A stretch of DNA of 52,575 bases from Gemmatimonadota bacterium (GCA_043820695.1 JBDRDQ010000098.1:1-52575); one strand, 5' to 3'; counted from the stretch's first letter, positions 15,942 to 26,107 are shown. Numbers and translations are program-made. Notes: generated by a model not told the origin, from the sequence alone.

Positions 15942-16985
15942 TCAGGGCCCCAAAACCCCCCGAAGGTGATAGCGAAGCCCTCGAGCCCCTCGGTGCTCCA
16001 CGTTCTTGGCTGCCAACCGGTTCGCCCCCGTGATAGCCCCCTCCAGGGAGTCACCGCCAAGAAGCCTCGCAAAGAAGGTAGCTCCCCACACGTCCCCGCA
16101 TCCAGTAGGGTCACCCGACAAAGGGTCATTCGGCAGGGGCAATTTGCCCGTCCGGGTCGCACCCCCCGCGCTGAGTGATTTCCTGGTCCCCGGCCAACCC
16201 CGGGGATCGGGGGTGAACTCGGGGGCCACGATGTAGGCAGCACCCTTGGTGCCCATGGTCACGGTGATGAGCTTGAGTTCCGGCCCTACCGTATGGGCGG
16301 CCAGCTCCCAGGGGTCCCCCCAAGAGCGCCCCATGAGCTCGAACTCCTCCTCATTCACCTGGATGGCATCGAAAGCGCGGAACCACGCACCCCACCCGGG
16401 TAGCTCCTGGGGGAACCTGTGGCCGTGCGTTGATATCCCCAGGAAGAGGGAATGGAGATCGGCGTAGAGGGGAGCATGGAAACGCTCCCTGAAATGGCGG
16501 GCCGTCTCAATGCCCAACTCAAACCCTGTAATGAAGTTCAGGTAGAGGGCGTCGACCTTCTTCAAAGGGAGTTCCAGCTCCTCCCAGCTCCAAGGAGGGA
16601 CGCCTCCCGTCAGCCGCTCGAGTTTACGGGTCTGACCCTGGTAGCTGAGCTCTACCCGGTAGTTTCGGAAAGGGACGACCCGGACACCGGGCTCCATCTC
16701 CACGCGGGGAATGGAGCTAAGATATTCGAGAGCCCGCTCCGCCAGGTCTTCTCCGACTTTCAGGAAGGGTTGGATCACCCATCCCTCTGGAAGCACCACG
16801 CTAAGAGCCTCCAGGGCGTAGGAGATCCCTCCCCACTCCTCTATGGGCTCCAGCCGTCCATCCCGATCCAGGATCCGGTCCCAAACCAAGGTTCCCACCA
16901 CCCCCAGACGAAAAGGTCGAGGAGGAGAGCTTTCCTCCAGCCCCGGCATACCGTCCGCTGAGCGGTTGCTTTCTCGATCCGTCAT
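15942..16985 (-). CDS. PfkB-family carbohydrate kinase
   Basis: C-terminal signature GDPTGCGDVWGATFFARLL...ANRLAAKNVEHRGA. Confidence 0.8.
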   Translation of the reverse strand: MTDRESNRSADGMPGLEESSPPRPFRLGVVGTLVWDRILDRDGRLEPIEEWGGISYALEALSVVLPEGWVIQPFLKVGEDLAERALEYLSSIPRVEMEPGVRVVPFRNYRVELSYQGQTRKLERLTGGVPPWSWEELELPLKKVDALYLNFITGFELGIETARHFRERFHAPLYADLHSLFLGISTHGHRFPQELPGWGAWFRAFDAIQVNEEEFELMGRSWGDPWELAAHTVGPELKLITVTMGTKGAAYIVAPEFTPDPRGWPGTRKSLSAGGATRTGKLPLPNDPLSGDPTGCGDVWGATFFARLLGGDSLEGAITGANRLAAKNVEHRGARGLRYHLRGVLGP

Positions 16986-16995
16986 GGGTCGGGAA

Positions 16996-17991
16996 TCAGA
17001 TAAAGCCGAAGGTCGCCTTTTTGAAGATCCCCGCAGCCCCGACCACCCCCGCAGTTTCGGAGAGCTCCGCCGGCACGATTCGACAGGCGTCTACCGCGGA
17101 GCGAAAGGCCCTTCGACGAACCTCTTTTCGAAGGGGAATGAAGAGGTGGTCACCGGCCCGAGTCACACCCCCTGCAATGACCACCACGTCGGGATTCAAA
17201 GCGTTGATGAGATTGGCGACTCCCACTCCCAACAGCTTCGCCGTCTCTTTCATGACCTCGTGGGCGTAGGGATCACCCAGGACCACCCCTTCGTAGACCG
17301 TGGCGGCGGTAATCTTCTCCAAATCTCCCTCCACCAATTCCACCAGGACGGACTCGGCACCGTACTCGATCCCCTCTACGGCCCTGGCAGCGATATTGGG
17401 ACCCGAAGCATAAGCTTCAAGGCACCCATAATTCCCGCACTTACATTTCCTGCCGGTGGAGTCGATGGTGGTATGCCCGAACTCACCCGCCGCATCGGAA
17501 ACCCCGTGGTGGAGTTCCCCGTTCACCACCAAACCCCCACCGATCCCGGTCCCCAGGGTGAGCCCCACCAGAACGGTCGACCCTCGCCCGGCTCCCATCC
17601 ACCACTCGCCGTAGGTGGCGCAGTTGGCATCGTTGTCCACCTCGGCGGGGAGTCCGAGTCCCTCCGAAACCAGACTTCTGAGCGGAAAGTTTCTCCACCC
17701 GAGGTTGGGAGCTTCCAACAAGACCCCTGTCTTCCGGTTGAGCGGACCGGGAGCGCCAATTCCGATTCCTGCAACCTGAGTCCGACCGCCACCCTCCGTC
17801 CGAAAGACCTCCTCCATCGACTTTTCGACCGCCTCGACGGCCCTCCTGACCACATCCTCCCCACCGGCGGCAGAGAGGGTCGGGAGCTTTCGAACCCCCA
17901 CCGCCGCTCCGCCTTCCAACGGTACGAGGCCCACCACCATATTGGTTCCACCGATGTCCAAACCCACGATCCAGCGGAAATCGTCGGCCAT
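16996..17991 (-). CDS. ROK-family sugar kinase (glucokinase-like)
   Basis: IVGLDIGGTNMVVGLV, the ROK zinc motif CKCGNYGCLEAYASG, and ANCATYGE. ATG at 17991 is preceded by AAGGAG. The track start at 18120 lies in the upstream gene. Confidence 0.85.
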   Translation of the reverse strand: MADDFRWIVGLDIGGTNMVVGLVPLEGGAAVGVRKLPTLSAAGGEDVVRRAVEAVEKSMEEVFRTEGGGRTQVAGIGIGAPGPLNRKTGVLLEAPNLGWRNFPLRSLVSEGLGLPAEVDNDANCATYGEWWMGAGRGSTVLVGLTLGTGIGGGLVVNGELHHGVSDAAGEFGHTTIDSTGRKCKCGNYGCLEAYASGPNIAARAVEGIEYGAESVLVELVEGDLEKITAATVYEGVVLGDPYAHEVMKETAKLLGVGVANLINALNPDVVVIAGGVTRAGDHLFIPLRKEVRRRAFRSAVDACRIVPAELSETAGVVGAAGIFKKATFGFI

Positions 17992-17992
17992 C

Positions 17993-18931
17993 TCAGCTCC
18001 TTCCCCCCTTTGCCCGTGGTGTGGAATCGCCGGGAACGGTGTTGGAGTTCCAGAGGGGACGTCCCCCCTCTTCCCTCCCTGGCCCGAACTCAAGAAAACC
18101 ACCGGCTTCCCTGCGGGCATTCAACTCCAACAATCCGTCACGGGCTCTTGTCTCCCCTTCCTCTGCGATCCTTCGCCGAATCCCCTTGTTCTTCCGGATT
18201 GACTCTCGGGTCTTGTAAGGCCGGTCGTGATCCAGGTGAAGGAGGACGGCCCGAAACCGAACCCGCTTCCCACGAAGGCCGAGATTTTCCAGCCGGGATC
18301 CCAGGGCCCGGTCGGCGCCGCCATACTGCATCTCTGTTTCCATGCCGTTGGCGGCAAAAATCCAATCTCGCCAGGTGGAGGCGTTGTTCAGGTTCCAGGT
18401 GGGGTTGGTGGTGGAAAGCCTATCCAGGAGGCCCGGCCTCCAGTCCGGAGGGAAAAGCCTCAGTTGATGCCGTCCCAGCTTCTGGCCCTTCCCTCTGAGC
18501 CATCCCGGGTCGGAAAAACGACCGGAAACCACATCATCGGCGGTGATCCTGCGGCTCACCTCCATGGAGAGGTACACGGACCCTCCCGAGAGGAATCGAC
18601 CCGGCTCCGCCATCTCAAAATGCGTCCGAACGAAGTCCCGACGTGGTATGCAGTCCCCATCCGAAAAGACAAGGTAGTCGCCCGTCGATGCCAGGATCGC
18701 CGCGTTCAGAATGATGGAGCGCCGGTAACCCTCGTCCGGATGCCAGATTTGCCTGATGGGGAAGTCGCTCTCGTTGGCGAAACCCAAGATCAGGTCCCGG
18801 GTGTCTTCCGAGGACCCGTCATCGGCGATGACCAGCTCGAATTCCCTGAAGTCCTGCCGGCTGTAACCCCAGAGGACCTTTTCCAGCCATTCCACCTTGT
18901 TGTAGGTGGACACGATTACGGAAACCTTCAC
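17993..18931 (-). CDS. Family 2 glycosyltransferase
   Basis: VSVIVSTYNKVEWLEKVL, VIADDGSSEDT, and a DxD-like SDGDCIP. GTG at 18931 lies 2 nt after the lepA stop. Confidence 0.8.
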   Translation of the reverse strand: MKVSVIVSTYNKVEWLEKVLWGYSRQDFREFELVIADDGSSEDTRDLILGFANESDFPIRQIWHPDEGYRRSIILNAAILASTGDYLVFSDGDCIPRRDFVRTHFEMAEPGRFLSGGSVYLSMEVSRRITADDVVSGRFSDPGWLRGKGQKLGRHQLRLFPPDWRPGLLDRLSTTNPTWNLNNASTWRDWIFAANGMETEMQYGGADRALGSRLENLGLRGKRVRFRAVLLHLDHDRPYKTRESIRKNKGIRRRIAEEGETRARDGLLELNARREAGGFLEFGPGREEGGRPLWNSNTVPGDSTPRAKGGRS

Positions 18932-18933
18932 GA

Positions 18934-20733
18934 TCAGTCCCCGAGTGATAGGACCGCCAAAAACGCCTCTTGGGGAATCTCCACCGAGCCCACCTGCTTC
19001 ATCCGACGTTTTCCTTCCCGCTGCTTCTCCAGCAACTTCCGTTTCCGTGTGACGTCCCCACCATAGCACTTGGCGGTCACGTTCTTTCGAAGAGCCTTCA
19101 CATTCGTTCGTGCAATGACCTGGGTACCGACGGCAGCCTGGAGAGCTACCTCATACTGCTGCCGAGGGATGAGTTCCTTCAGCCTCACCACCAAGTCTCG
19201 GCCGTGGGCGAAGGCTTTTCCCCGGTGAATGATGACACTGAAGGCATCCACGGGATCCCCGTTTATCAGAATGTCCAGTTTCACGAGATCGGCTGACCTG
19301 AACTCCAGGAACTCGTAATCGAGGCCCGCATACCCTCTGGTTCCTGCCTTGAGTCGGTCATAGAAATCCAACACGATTTCGGCAAGGGGGAGCTGATAGT
19401 CCAACTCCACCCTCTTCGGATCCAGATAGTGCATACCTCCGAAAACCCCTCGCCGGTCATGGCAAAGCTTCTGGACATTTCCGATGTACTCGGCGGGGCA
19501 TACGATTCGTGCCTTCACCACGGGCTCGGAAATCTTCGCCACTCGACCGATCGGGGGCAAACTGGCGGGGTTCTCAACCTTAATTTCAGTCCCGTCGGTC
19601 AAAGAGACGTGGTATTCGACGTTGGGGACGGTGGTGATGAGGCTCACACCGAATTCCCGCTCCAGGCGTGCCTGAACGATCTCCATGTGGAGAAGGCCAA
19701 GAAATCCACACCGGAACCCAAAGCCCAGGGCGTTGGAAGTCTCCGGAACAGAGTGGAGGCTGGCGTCATTAAGGATCAGCCGTTCCAACGCGTCCCTGAG
19801 ATCCTCATAGTCGTCGGCATCCGTGGGGTAGAGGCCAGCGAATACCATGGAGTGAACGTCCTGGTACCCTGGAAGCAACTCCGGCGCCACCCGATCAGCA
19901 TCCAGGATTGTGTCCCCCACCCGAGTGTGGGAGACCGCCTTGATCCCCGCCACGAGGTAGCCTACCTGTCCGGGGCCAAGCTCGGGTTGAGGCAACCGGC
20001 CCAACCGAAGGCATCCGACCTCGTCCACCTGATACCTGGCGTTGACGTTCCCAAAGGTGACCGTCATCCCTGCTTTCAGCACACCATCCACCACCCGGAT
20101 GCTGGGAACGGCGCCGAGGTACGGGTCATAGTAGGAATCGAAAATGAGGGCCCGGGCAGGCGCATCTCGATCCCCCACGGGAGGGGGAACCCTCTCTACG
20201 ATGGCCTCGAGAAGCGGTTCAATCCCCCTCCCCTCCTTGGCGCTGGCCAGAAGGATCGTATCCGGATCCACTCCGAGGAGGTCGGCGATCTCATCCCGCC
20301 TTCTCTCAGGCTCAGCCCCGGGGAGGTCGATCTTGTTCAGGACCGGGATGATCTCCAGGTCTGCGTCCAGGGCCAAAAAGAGATTGGAAAGAGTCTGAGC
20401 CTGGATCCCCTGGCTGGCGTCCACGACCAGAATCGCACCTTCACAAGCAGCAAGGGACCGTGAGACCTCGTAGCTGAAGTCGACGTGGCCGGGAGTATCG
20501 ATGAGGTTCAGCTCATAGTCCTTGCCGTCGGCTGCACGATAGTCCATTCGGACGGCGTGGAGCTTGATGGTGATGCCCCGTTCCCGCTCCAGCTCGTTGG
20601 TGTCCAGGACCTGGTTCCGCATCTCGCGCAGCTGAAGGGTCCCTGTCCGCTCCAGCAGCCGGTCGGCAAGGGTAGATTTCCCATGGTCGATATGGGCGAT
20701 GATGGAGAAGTTTCGTATGGTTTCGGTGCGCAC
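18934..20733 (-). CDS. lepA: Translation elongation factor 4 (LepA)
   Basis: [40 protein letters not shown], and the LepA C-terminal region. GTG at 20733 gives ~599 aa, the typical length. The track start at 20892 adds a non-homologous extension. Confidence 0.93.
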   Translation of the reverse strand: MRTETIRNFSIIAHIDHGKSTLADRLLERTGTLQLREMRNQVLDTNELERERGITIKLHAVRMDYRAADGKDYELNLIDTPGHVDFSYEVSRSLAACEGAILVVDASQGIQAQTLSNLFLALDADLEIIPVLNKIDLPGAEPERRRDEIADLLGVDPDTILLASAKEGRGIEPLLEAIVERVPPPVGDRDAPARALIFDSYYDPYLGAVPSIRVVDGVLKAGMTVTFGNVNARYQVDEVGCLRLGRLPQPELGPGQVGYLVAGIKAVSHTRVGDTILDADRVAPELLPGYQDVHSMVFAGLYPTDADDYEDLRDALERLILNDASLHSVPETSNALGFGFRCGFLGLLHMEIVQARLEREFGVSLITTVPNVEYHVSLTDGTEIKVENPASLPPIGRVAKISEPVVKARIVCPAEYIGNVQKLCHDRRGVFGGMHYLDPKRVELDYQLPLAEIVLDFYDRLKAGTRGYAGLDYEFLEFRSADLVKLDILINGDPVDAFSVIIHRGKAFAHGRDLVVRLKELIPRQQYEVALQAAVGTQVIARTNVKALRKNVTAKCYGGDVTRKRKLLEKQREGKRRMKQVGSVEIPQEAFLAVLSLGD

Positions 20734-20780
20734 GTGTAAACGGCCGCCGTCCTTTGGATTCTTGGGAAAATTAGCCTTTG

Positions 20781-20810
20781 AGTATAACGGAGGTGGCTGG
20801 CAGGGATCAA
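20781..20810 (-). promoter_or_regulatory. Candidate sigma-70 promoter for lepA
   Basis: On the minus strand: TTGATC (20810-20805), an 18-nt spacer, then TATACT (20786-20781), 48 nt upstream of the proposed lepA start. Sequence resemblance only. Confidence 0.3.
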
Positions 20811-20935
20811 TTGAAGGACCCGCCACCGAAAGGACGGATGTGGAGGGGGAGAACAAGCGCCCGGCAGAGGGGGTCCGCCGGGCGTCGGCCATTGAGGATA
20901 AGCCCGGGTAGGGTTAAGGAGGTCCTACCGGAACT

Positions 20936-22357
20936 TTACGAGTTCAGACCCCCTCCCCCACCCGGGGGCCGCTTGGGTTTGACCTTGGGTGGGGCCGGAG
21001 GCCTGGAGGACTGGGCGGGAGGGTTGCTGGTGCCCCCCCCACTCCTGACCGTTGGGGTAGCACGGGTGGCCGCCCCGGCCCCCCCACTTCTCACCGCCCC
21101 AGTGGCTGGGATCGGGGTTCCCCCTCCTCCCCGGGGCTTGGTGACCTTCACCGAGGGCCGAGTAACCGGAGTCCGCGGTGGTTGGGTCGGTTTCGGGGGA
21201 GCCGCGGATGAACCGGTGCCGCTGGGCCGTCGCTCCAATACAGGCCGTTGGGTTGTCCCGGACCCCGGGACCCCCCTCGGGTCGGTACGGGTCGTCGTAG
21301 GGGTTGTCGCAGTCGGCCGGCCCGAGCCGGGTTGTGCTCCGGAGATCGGCCGGGTGGGAGCCGCAGCCCCGGTTCCCGTGGCACTCGGTCGGCGGTTCGC
21401 CCCACCCTCGACACCCGGTCGCGGCTGGCCGACGACAACCGGGGGAGTACCCCCGGTGCTCCCGGGACTGAAGGCCGACGGAGCCCCCGTCCGGGGCACC
21501 GCCCTCCTGTTCCCGCTCCCCTCGACACCGGGCTGGGTCACGGGCGGCGTGTTCCGCACGACCACCTGAGGAGTCCCGGCTTCGCCCAAGACCCTCTCCT
21601 TGAATCCGAAATGGGCCACCCCCCGCCGCGGTTGGACGTAGACCACCCGGGTCCCACGGTACCTCGTGGCAGGGTAGTAGTAGGGGTCGTTGTAGATCAC
21701 CACCCGGAAACTGGTGCAGGAATACGCATAGGGGTTCCAGCTATAGTAGGGCTGAAATCCGTGACAGTCGTAGCAGAGGAAGCGGGGATACTCGTAATGG
21801 CGGTCTACATGATATGAGGTGAAGTCCAATCCATAACCCACATACTCCCAATCGGGGATAAGGGTGGCCACGTAATCGTCCATGGCCAGGTACGGATCCC
21901 CATAGACCTGCCGTCCTACATTGGTCAGATCCCACCCTCCGGCAAAATGGGAATAGCCGAAATCTCTGAAATCGAAGGGTTCCGGAGACGCGACGATGAA
22001 GAAGTACCCCATCCCCGGGTCATCATTCACATACCAGTAGGAGGATCCGGGGAAAAGGACCCGGTAGTCCCGGCCACCTCTTGCGAAGTGGTTTTCCTGA
22101 GGGGAGGACGGAAAAACCATGCGGACCGCGCCGTTGGTATCAACGTGGAATATCGCTACGAAGGCGCTCTCGGAGACGCTGTAGTAGATCCGGGCCCGCT
22201 CACCCCTCTGAAGAACCGGCTCGTCTCCCCGATCCAGCCAAACCCTGGCTTCGAGCGGATACACATCGTAGTCCTGGGCAGCGGCGGTCGTGGGGAGGAT
22301 GCCTGACCAGGCCGTCACCCCAACCGCCAGAACCGCCATCAGCTGCCGCATACACAT
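20936..22357 (-). CDS. Secreted DUF4384 domain protein with a Cys/Tyr-rich middle region and a ~190-aa Pro/Gly/Thr/Arg-rich low-complexity C-terminus
   Basis: ATG at 22357 is preceded by AAGGAGG with 5-nt spacing. Signal peptide MCMRQLMAVLAVGVTAWSGILPTTAAAQ. DUF4384-like pattern: RVWLDRGDEPVLQRGERARIYYSVSESAFVAIFHVDTNGAVRMVFP...GYFFIVASPEPF. Confidence 0.65.
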   Translation of the reverse strand: MCMRQLMAVLAVGVTAWSGILPTTAAAQDYDVYPLEARVWLDRGDEPVLQRGERARIYYSVSESAFVAIFHVDTNGAVRMVFPSSPQENHFARGGRDYRVLFPGSSYWYVNDDPGMGYFFIVASPEPFDFRDFGYSHFAGGWDLTNVGRQVYGDPYLAMDDYVATLIPDWEYVGYGLDFTSYHVDRHYEYPRFLCYDCHGFQPYYSWNPYAYSCTSFRVVIYNDPYYYPATRYRGTRVVYVQPRRGVAHFGFKERVLGEAGTPQVVVRNTPPVTQPGVEGSGNRRAVPRTGAPSAFSPGSTGGTPPVVVGQPRPGVEGGANRRPSATGTGAAAPTRPISGAQPGSGRPTATTPTTTRTDPRGVPGSGTTQRPVLERRPSGTGSSAAPPKPTQPPRTPVTRPSVKVTKPRGGGGTPIPATGAVRSGGAGAATRATPTVRSGGGTSNPPAQSSRPPAPPKVKPKRPPGGGGGLNS

Positions 22358-22538
22358 GAGACCCTCCTTTAAATCACATCTTTCCCATCTCCCTCTGTGC
22401 AGATCCCATGCCATGCGTCGACTAGGGGAAACCCAAAGGGAATGAGGGTGATGACCCCCAGGTGGCTCAATCCCGTCCTCATTGGGGGACACCATCGAGA
22501 CCTGTCGTGGACAATCCCCTGGAACCCCGCTGGAGGCA

Positions 22539-22590
22539 GGCCCCTCCAAAGCTCCGGGTCGGGCCCCTCCAAAGCTCCGGGTCGGGCCCC
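22539..22590. repeat. 23-bp perfect tandem direct repeat, 2.26 copies
   Basis: GGCCCCTCCAAAGCTCCGGGTCG occurs at 22539-22561 and 22562-22584, followed by GGCCCC. It lies in the 335-nt divergent intergenic region between the DUF4384 gene and mfd. Confidence 0.9.
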
Positions 22591-22692
22591 ATCCCCCCCG
22601 GGCGGGGTTTACAGGATTGCCGCCGAATGGGCTATCTTCCCTGTCGACACCCCCCTGGGGTAACATCCAAGAACCAGGACGAGGCACTCTAG

Positions 22693-25600
22693 TTGAGTCG
22701 GTTTCCAAATCCTATCCTCGATGCATTTCTTTCCTCCGGCACGATGGGAGCCCTTCTTCGAGACCCCCCGCAGCCGGGGGAAACCCGTGTCCTGGGCGGG
22801 GCAGTGGGATCCAGTGGGGTGGGCGCCATGGCCGCCCTCCACCATGCCCTCGAGAACCGTGTCCTCATTGCACTGGCCCACTCCCCGAAGGATGCAGCCT
22901 CCATCGAAGCGGATCTGGAGGCACTCCTCGGCACCGGCTTATCCTTCCTTTATCCCCAACGTGAATCCCTCCCCTACGAGACGGAGGAGCCCCACCTTGA
23001 AGTGGGCGGCCTTCGGGTTGAGGCCTTGGAGGCTCTCTTCAGCGGGAGGACCCGGCTGCTGGTGACAACGACCCGGGCGATCCAGGAGCGGGGCCCGGTT
23101 CCCTCTTCCCTGGCGGAGCTTCGGCTCACCCTTTCGACCGGCGAAGAACGGGACTTCGCGACGCTCCTCCAGGAGTTGGAGGCACGGGGCTTCGACGAGG
23201 TCCCTTTGGTGGAGGAGGTGGGGCAGTTCGCAGTCAGGGGCGGCATTGTGGACGTATTCTCATTCGGTTCCCCGGAGCCCTTCCGGGTGGAGTTCTGGGG
23301 AGACGAGATCACCTCGCTCCGGACCTTCGACATCCTGGATCAGAGGTCCGTCCGGAAGCTGGACACGACTCACATTCTACCGGTGGATTTCCGTGGTGGA
23401 GCGGCCGGTCCTGCCGTGAATCGTTCGCTTCTCGAACTGCTCCCTTCCGATGCCCTTTTCTTTCACTGGGATTCGGAGGATTGGAGCCGGGAGTTGGAGA
23501 GGACATGGTCTCATGCCCAGGACATCCGAACCGAGCTCCTGAGGAACGGGCAGAGCCCCGAACCGGTGGAGAGGCTCTTCCTCCCTCCGGAGGAGACGCG
23601 GGCGGCCTTGGACGCATTCCCACGGGTCTGGGTCCGAGAAGGGCGCACAGGTGGGCTCGACCTCGAGACCGAGCCGCCCCCCTCCATCGACCGGGATATG
23701 GCCCTCCTGAAGGCGTTCTTGGTTGAGGGAGCCGCCCTGGGCCATGAGACCCTGATTCTCTGCGACAACGACGGACAGGTGCAGCGACTGGAGGAAATCC
23801 TGGGTGAGAACCGGATCCCTCCTGGAACTCGCTTGGGGATCGGCGCCCTGGCAGGCGGGTTCATTCTCAACTGCTCCGCCTCACATCTCCGTGTCCTCAC
23901 CGACCACGAGATATTTCGGAGGTCCCGGCGGATTCGGCGAGGCCGACAGTTCCGGGGAGCCGCGGCCCTGGAGAGCCTAGCCCAACTCACTCCCGGCGAC
24001 TTCGTCGTCCACATGGATCATGGAGTGGGGGTGTTCAGGGGATTGGAGCAGCTAGAGGTCGCGGGAGAGTCCATCGAAGCTCTCGCCATCGAGTACGCCG
24101 GTGGGGAGATGCTCAGGGTCCCCGTTTACCGGGTGGACCTCATCGAACGATGGGTGGGTGATTCCGACGGAGCCTCTCCACCTCAGGTCCATCGAATCGG
24201 CGGCCGGAAGTGGAAGACCCTGAAAGGGAAGACGGAGCAGGCCATCGAGAGAATGACCACCGATCTTCTGGAACTTTACGCCCGCCGTTCCACGGCCAAG
24301 GGCTTCGCATTCTCTCCCGACACCCGATGGCAAAGGGAAATGGAATCATCGTTTCTCTTCGAAGACACGCCGGACCAAAGAAAAGTGGCCTTGGAGGTGA
24401 AGCGGGACATGGAGGGCGAACGACCCATGGACCGGCTGGTCTGCGGGGACGTGGGTTATGGAAAGACGGAGGTGGCGGTTCGGGCCGCTTTTAAGGCGGT
24501 TCAGGACGGGAAGCAGGTGGCGGTCCTGGCTCCGACCACCATTCTGGTTGAACAACACCGGCGGACGTTCGAGGAACGACTTGCCGATTACCCGGTTCGG
24601 ATCGGGGCTCTGAGCCGATTTCGAACCCCGAAAGAACAGAGGGAGCTTCTCCTTTCCCTCGTCCAGGGGGGAACGGACATCATCATCGGAACCCATCGCC
24701 TCCTTTCCCCCGATGTTCTCTTCAAAACCCTTGGGTTGCTTGTCGTGGACGAGGAGCAGAGGTTCGGGGTCCGACACAAAGAGCGCCTGAAGAAGCTCCG
24801 GACCTCGGTGGATGTACTCACCCTCACCGCCACGCCCATCCCGCGAACGCGTCACCTGTCTCTCACAGGCGTACGAGACCTCTCTCTCATTCAGACCCCT
24901 CCCCGGGACCGAATGCCCATCATCACCCACGTCCTTTCCTGGTCCGACCAGATCATTGGGGAGGCTGTACATCGGGAGATGGATCGGGGGGGGCAGGTCT
25001 TCTTTGTCCACAACCGGGTCGAGACCATCCACACGGTCGCCGCCAGAATCCAGCGCCTCGAGCCGGAGGCCTCTGTTGGGGTAGCACACGGCCAGATGCC
25101 TCCGCGAAAGCTGGACGAGATCATGCGGGAGTTCGTGGCCGGAGCCCTCGATATCCTCGTATGCACTTCCATCATCGAGAATGGGTTGGACGTCTCCAAC
25201 GCGAACACCCTCATCGTCGACGGCGCAGACGGTTTCGGCCTCGCTCAACTCTACCAGATCAGGGGGAGGGTGGGTCGATCCGATCGACGTGCCTATTGCT
25301 ATCTCGTTGTTCCGGAAACAGTTACGGATGAGGCTGAGAAACGTCTCCGGGTCTTGGAGCATTATACGGACCTCGGGAGCGGATACGCCGTGGCCCTCCG
25401 GGACCTGGAACTCCGCGGATCCGGGAATCTCCTGGGAGCGGACCAGTCCGGGTTCGCCCATGCCGTGGGCCTGGACACCTATCTTCGGATGCTGCATAAG
25501 ACGATCGACCGCCTCCAGAGGGGATCGACGGAGGTCGTCCATCCCGACCCGGATATCACCCTATCCGCTTCCGCTTTCCTCCCGGATTCCTACATTTCGG

Positions 25601-25989
25601 ATTCTGGCCAGAAGCTTCACCTCTACCGGAGGCTCTCCAAGATTCAGAACCCAGGGGAGGTGGAGGAGTTGCGACGGGAGCTTCTTGATCGGTTCGGGCC
25701 CATTCCAGGTGAAGCCGAGGCCCTTCTAGACGGATCGACCCTCCGTCTGCTGGCCCGAGGTCTCGGGGTGGAGCGGATCATGTTGAAGGGCCGAGAGGGG
25801 CGGGTCAGCTTCCTGCCGGGAGTGGTACCGGCGCTCGCCCATCTGGACAAGCCGTTCCAGGATCGCCAGGTCGAGGTAGAGGTGAAGCGTTTGGATCCCC
25901 TTTCCCTCGTCTTGCGTCAGGCTGGGGTCCATCCCCTGGCCGCCACACTGAAGGAGGCCTTTGCTGTTCTGAGCCAGGCATCTACGTAA
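22693..25989 (+). CDS. mfd: Transcription-repair coupling factor
   Basis: 1098 aa with a UvrB-homology N-terminal region. Superfamily 2 helicase motifs are GDVGYGKTEVA, VVDEEQRFGV, LTLTATPIPRT and QLYQIRGRVGRS. A TRG motif region is also present. The start (TTG 22693 versus ATG 22744) is uncertain. Confidence 0.93.
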   Translation: MSRFPNPILDAFLSSGTMGALLRDPPQPGETRVLGGAVGSSGVGAMAALHHALENRVLIALAHSPKDAASIEADLEALLGTGLSFLYPQRESLPYETEEPHLEVGGLRVEALEALFSGRTRLLVTTTRAIQERGPVPSSLAELRLTLSTGEERDFATLLQELEARGFDEVPLVEEVGQFAVRGGIVDVFSFGSPEPFRVEFWGDEITSLRTFDILDQRSVRKLDTTHILPVDFRGGAAGPAVNRSLLELLPSDALFFHWDSEDWSRELERTWSHAQDIRTELLRNGQSPEPVERLFLPPEETRAALDAFPRVWVREGRTGGLDLETEPPPSIDRDMALLKAFLVEGAALGHETLILCDNDGQVQRLEEILGENRIPPGTRLGIGALAGGFILNCSASHLRVLTDHEIFRRSRRIRRGRQFRGAAALESLAQLTPGDFVVHMDHGVGVFRGLEQLEVAGESIEALAIEYAGGEMLRVPVYRVDLIERWVGDSDGASPPQVHRIGGRKWKTLKGKTEQAIERMTTDLLELYARRSTAKGFAFSPDTRWQREMESSFLFEDTPDQRKVALEVKRDMEGERPMDRLVCGDVGYGKTEVAVRAAFKAVQDGKQVAVLAPTTILVEQHRRTFEERLADYPVRIGALSRFRTPKEQRELLLSLVQGGTDIIIGTHRLLSPDVLFKTLGLLVVDEEQRFGVRHKERLKKLRTSVDVLTLTATPIPRTRHLSLTGVRDLSLIQTPPRDRMPIITHVLSWSDQIIGEAVHREMDRGGQVFFVHNRVETIHTVAARIQRLEPEASVGVAHGQMPPRKLDEIMREFVAGALDILVCTSIIENGLDVSNANTLIVDGADGFGLAQLYQIRGRVGRSDRRAYCYLVVPETVTDEAEKRLRVLEHYTDLGSGYAVALRDLELRGSGNLLGADQSGFAHAVGLDTYLRMLHKTIDRLQRGSTEVVHPDPDITLSASAFLPDSYISDSGQKLHLYRRLSKIQNPGEVEELRRELLDRFGPIPGEAEALLDGSTLRLLARGLGVERIMLKGREGRVSFLPGVVPALAHLDKPFQDRQVEVEVKRLDPLSLVLRQAGVHPLAATLKEAFAVLSQAST

Positions 25990-26107
25990 GAGGAATGAAG
26001 CTGAAGGATGGAACAGGGAGGGCTTGAGGCCAACGATCCAGGGATGCCCCGGATCCAATTCAAATGAACGACCCATGAGGGTGCGCGTCCGAAGGAGACG
26101 AGACTTG

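Noticed and set aside
16843-18498. 551-aa ORF on the plus strand
   Set aside because: It is antisense to the PfkB, ROK and GT2 genes and spans three real genes. The composition is low-complexity and Arg/Pro/Gly/Ser-rich.
20778-21569. 263-aa Pro/Gly-rich plus-strand ORF
   Set aside because: It is the antisense image of the low-complexity tail of the DUF4384 gene. It has no start context.
22397-22663. 88-aa ORF (and overlapping 76/160-aa ORFs) inside the mfd upstream intergenic region
   Set aside because: It has no RBS. The composition is driven by the 23-bp tandem repeat and G/C runs. I treat the region as non-coding, while flagging it as a finding.
24346-25542. 398-aa ORF on the minus strand
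   Set aside because: It is antisense to the mfd helicase core. Shadow ORF.
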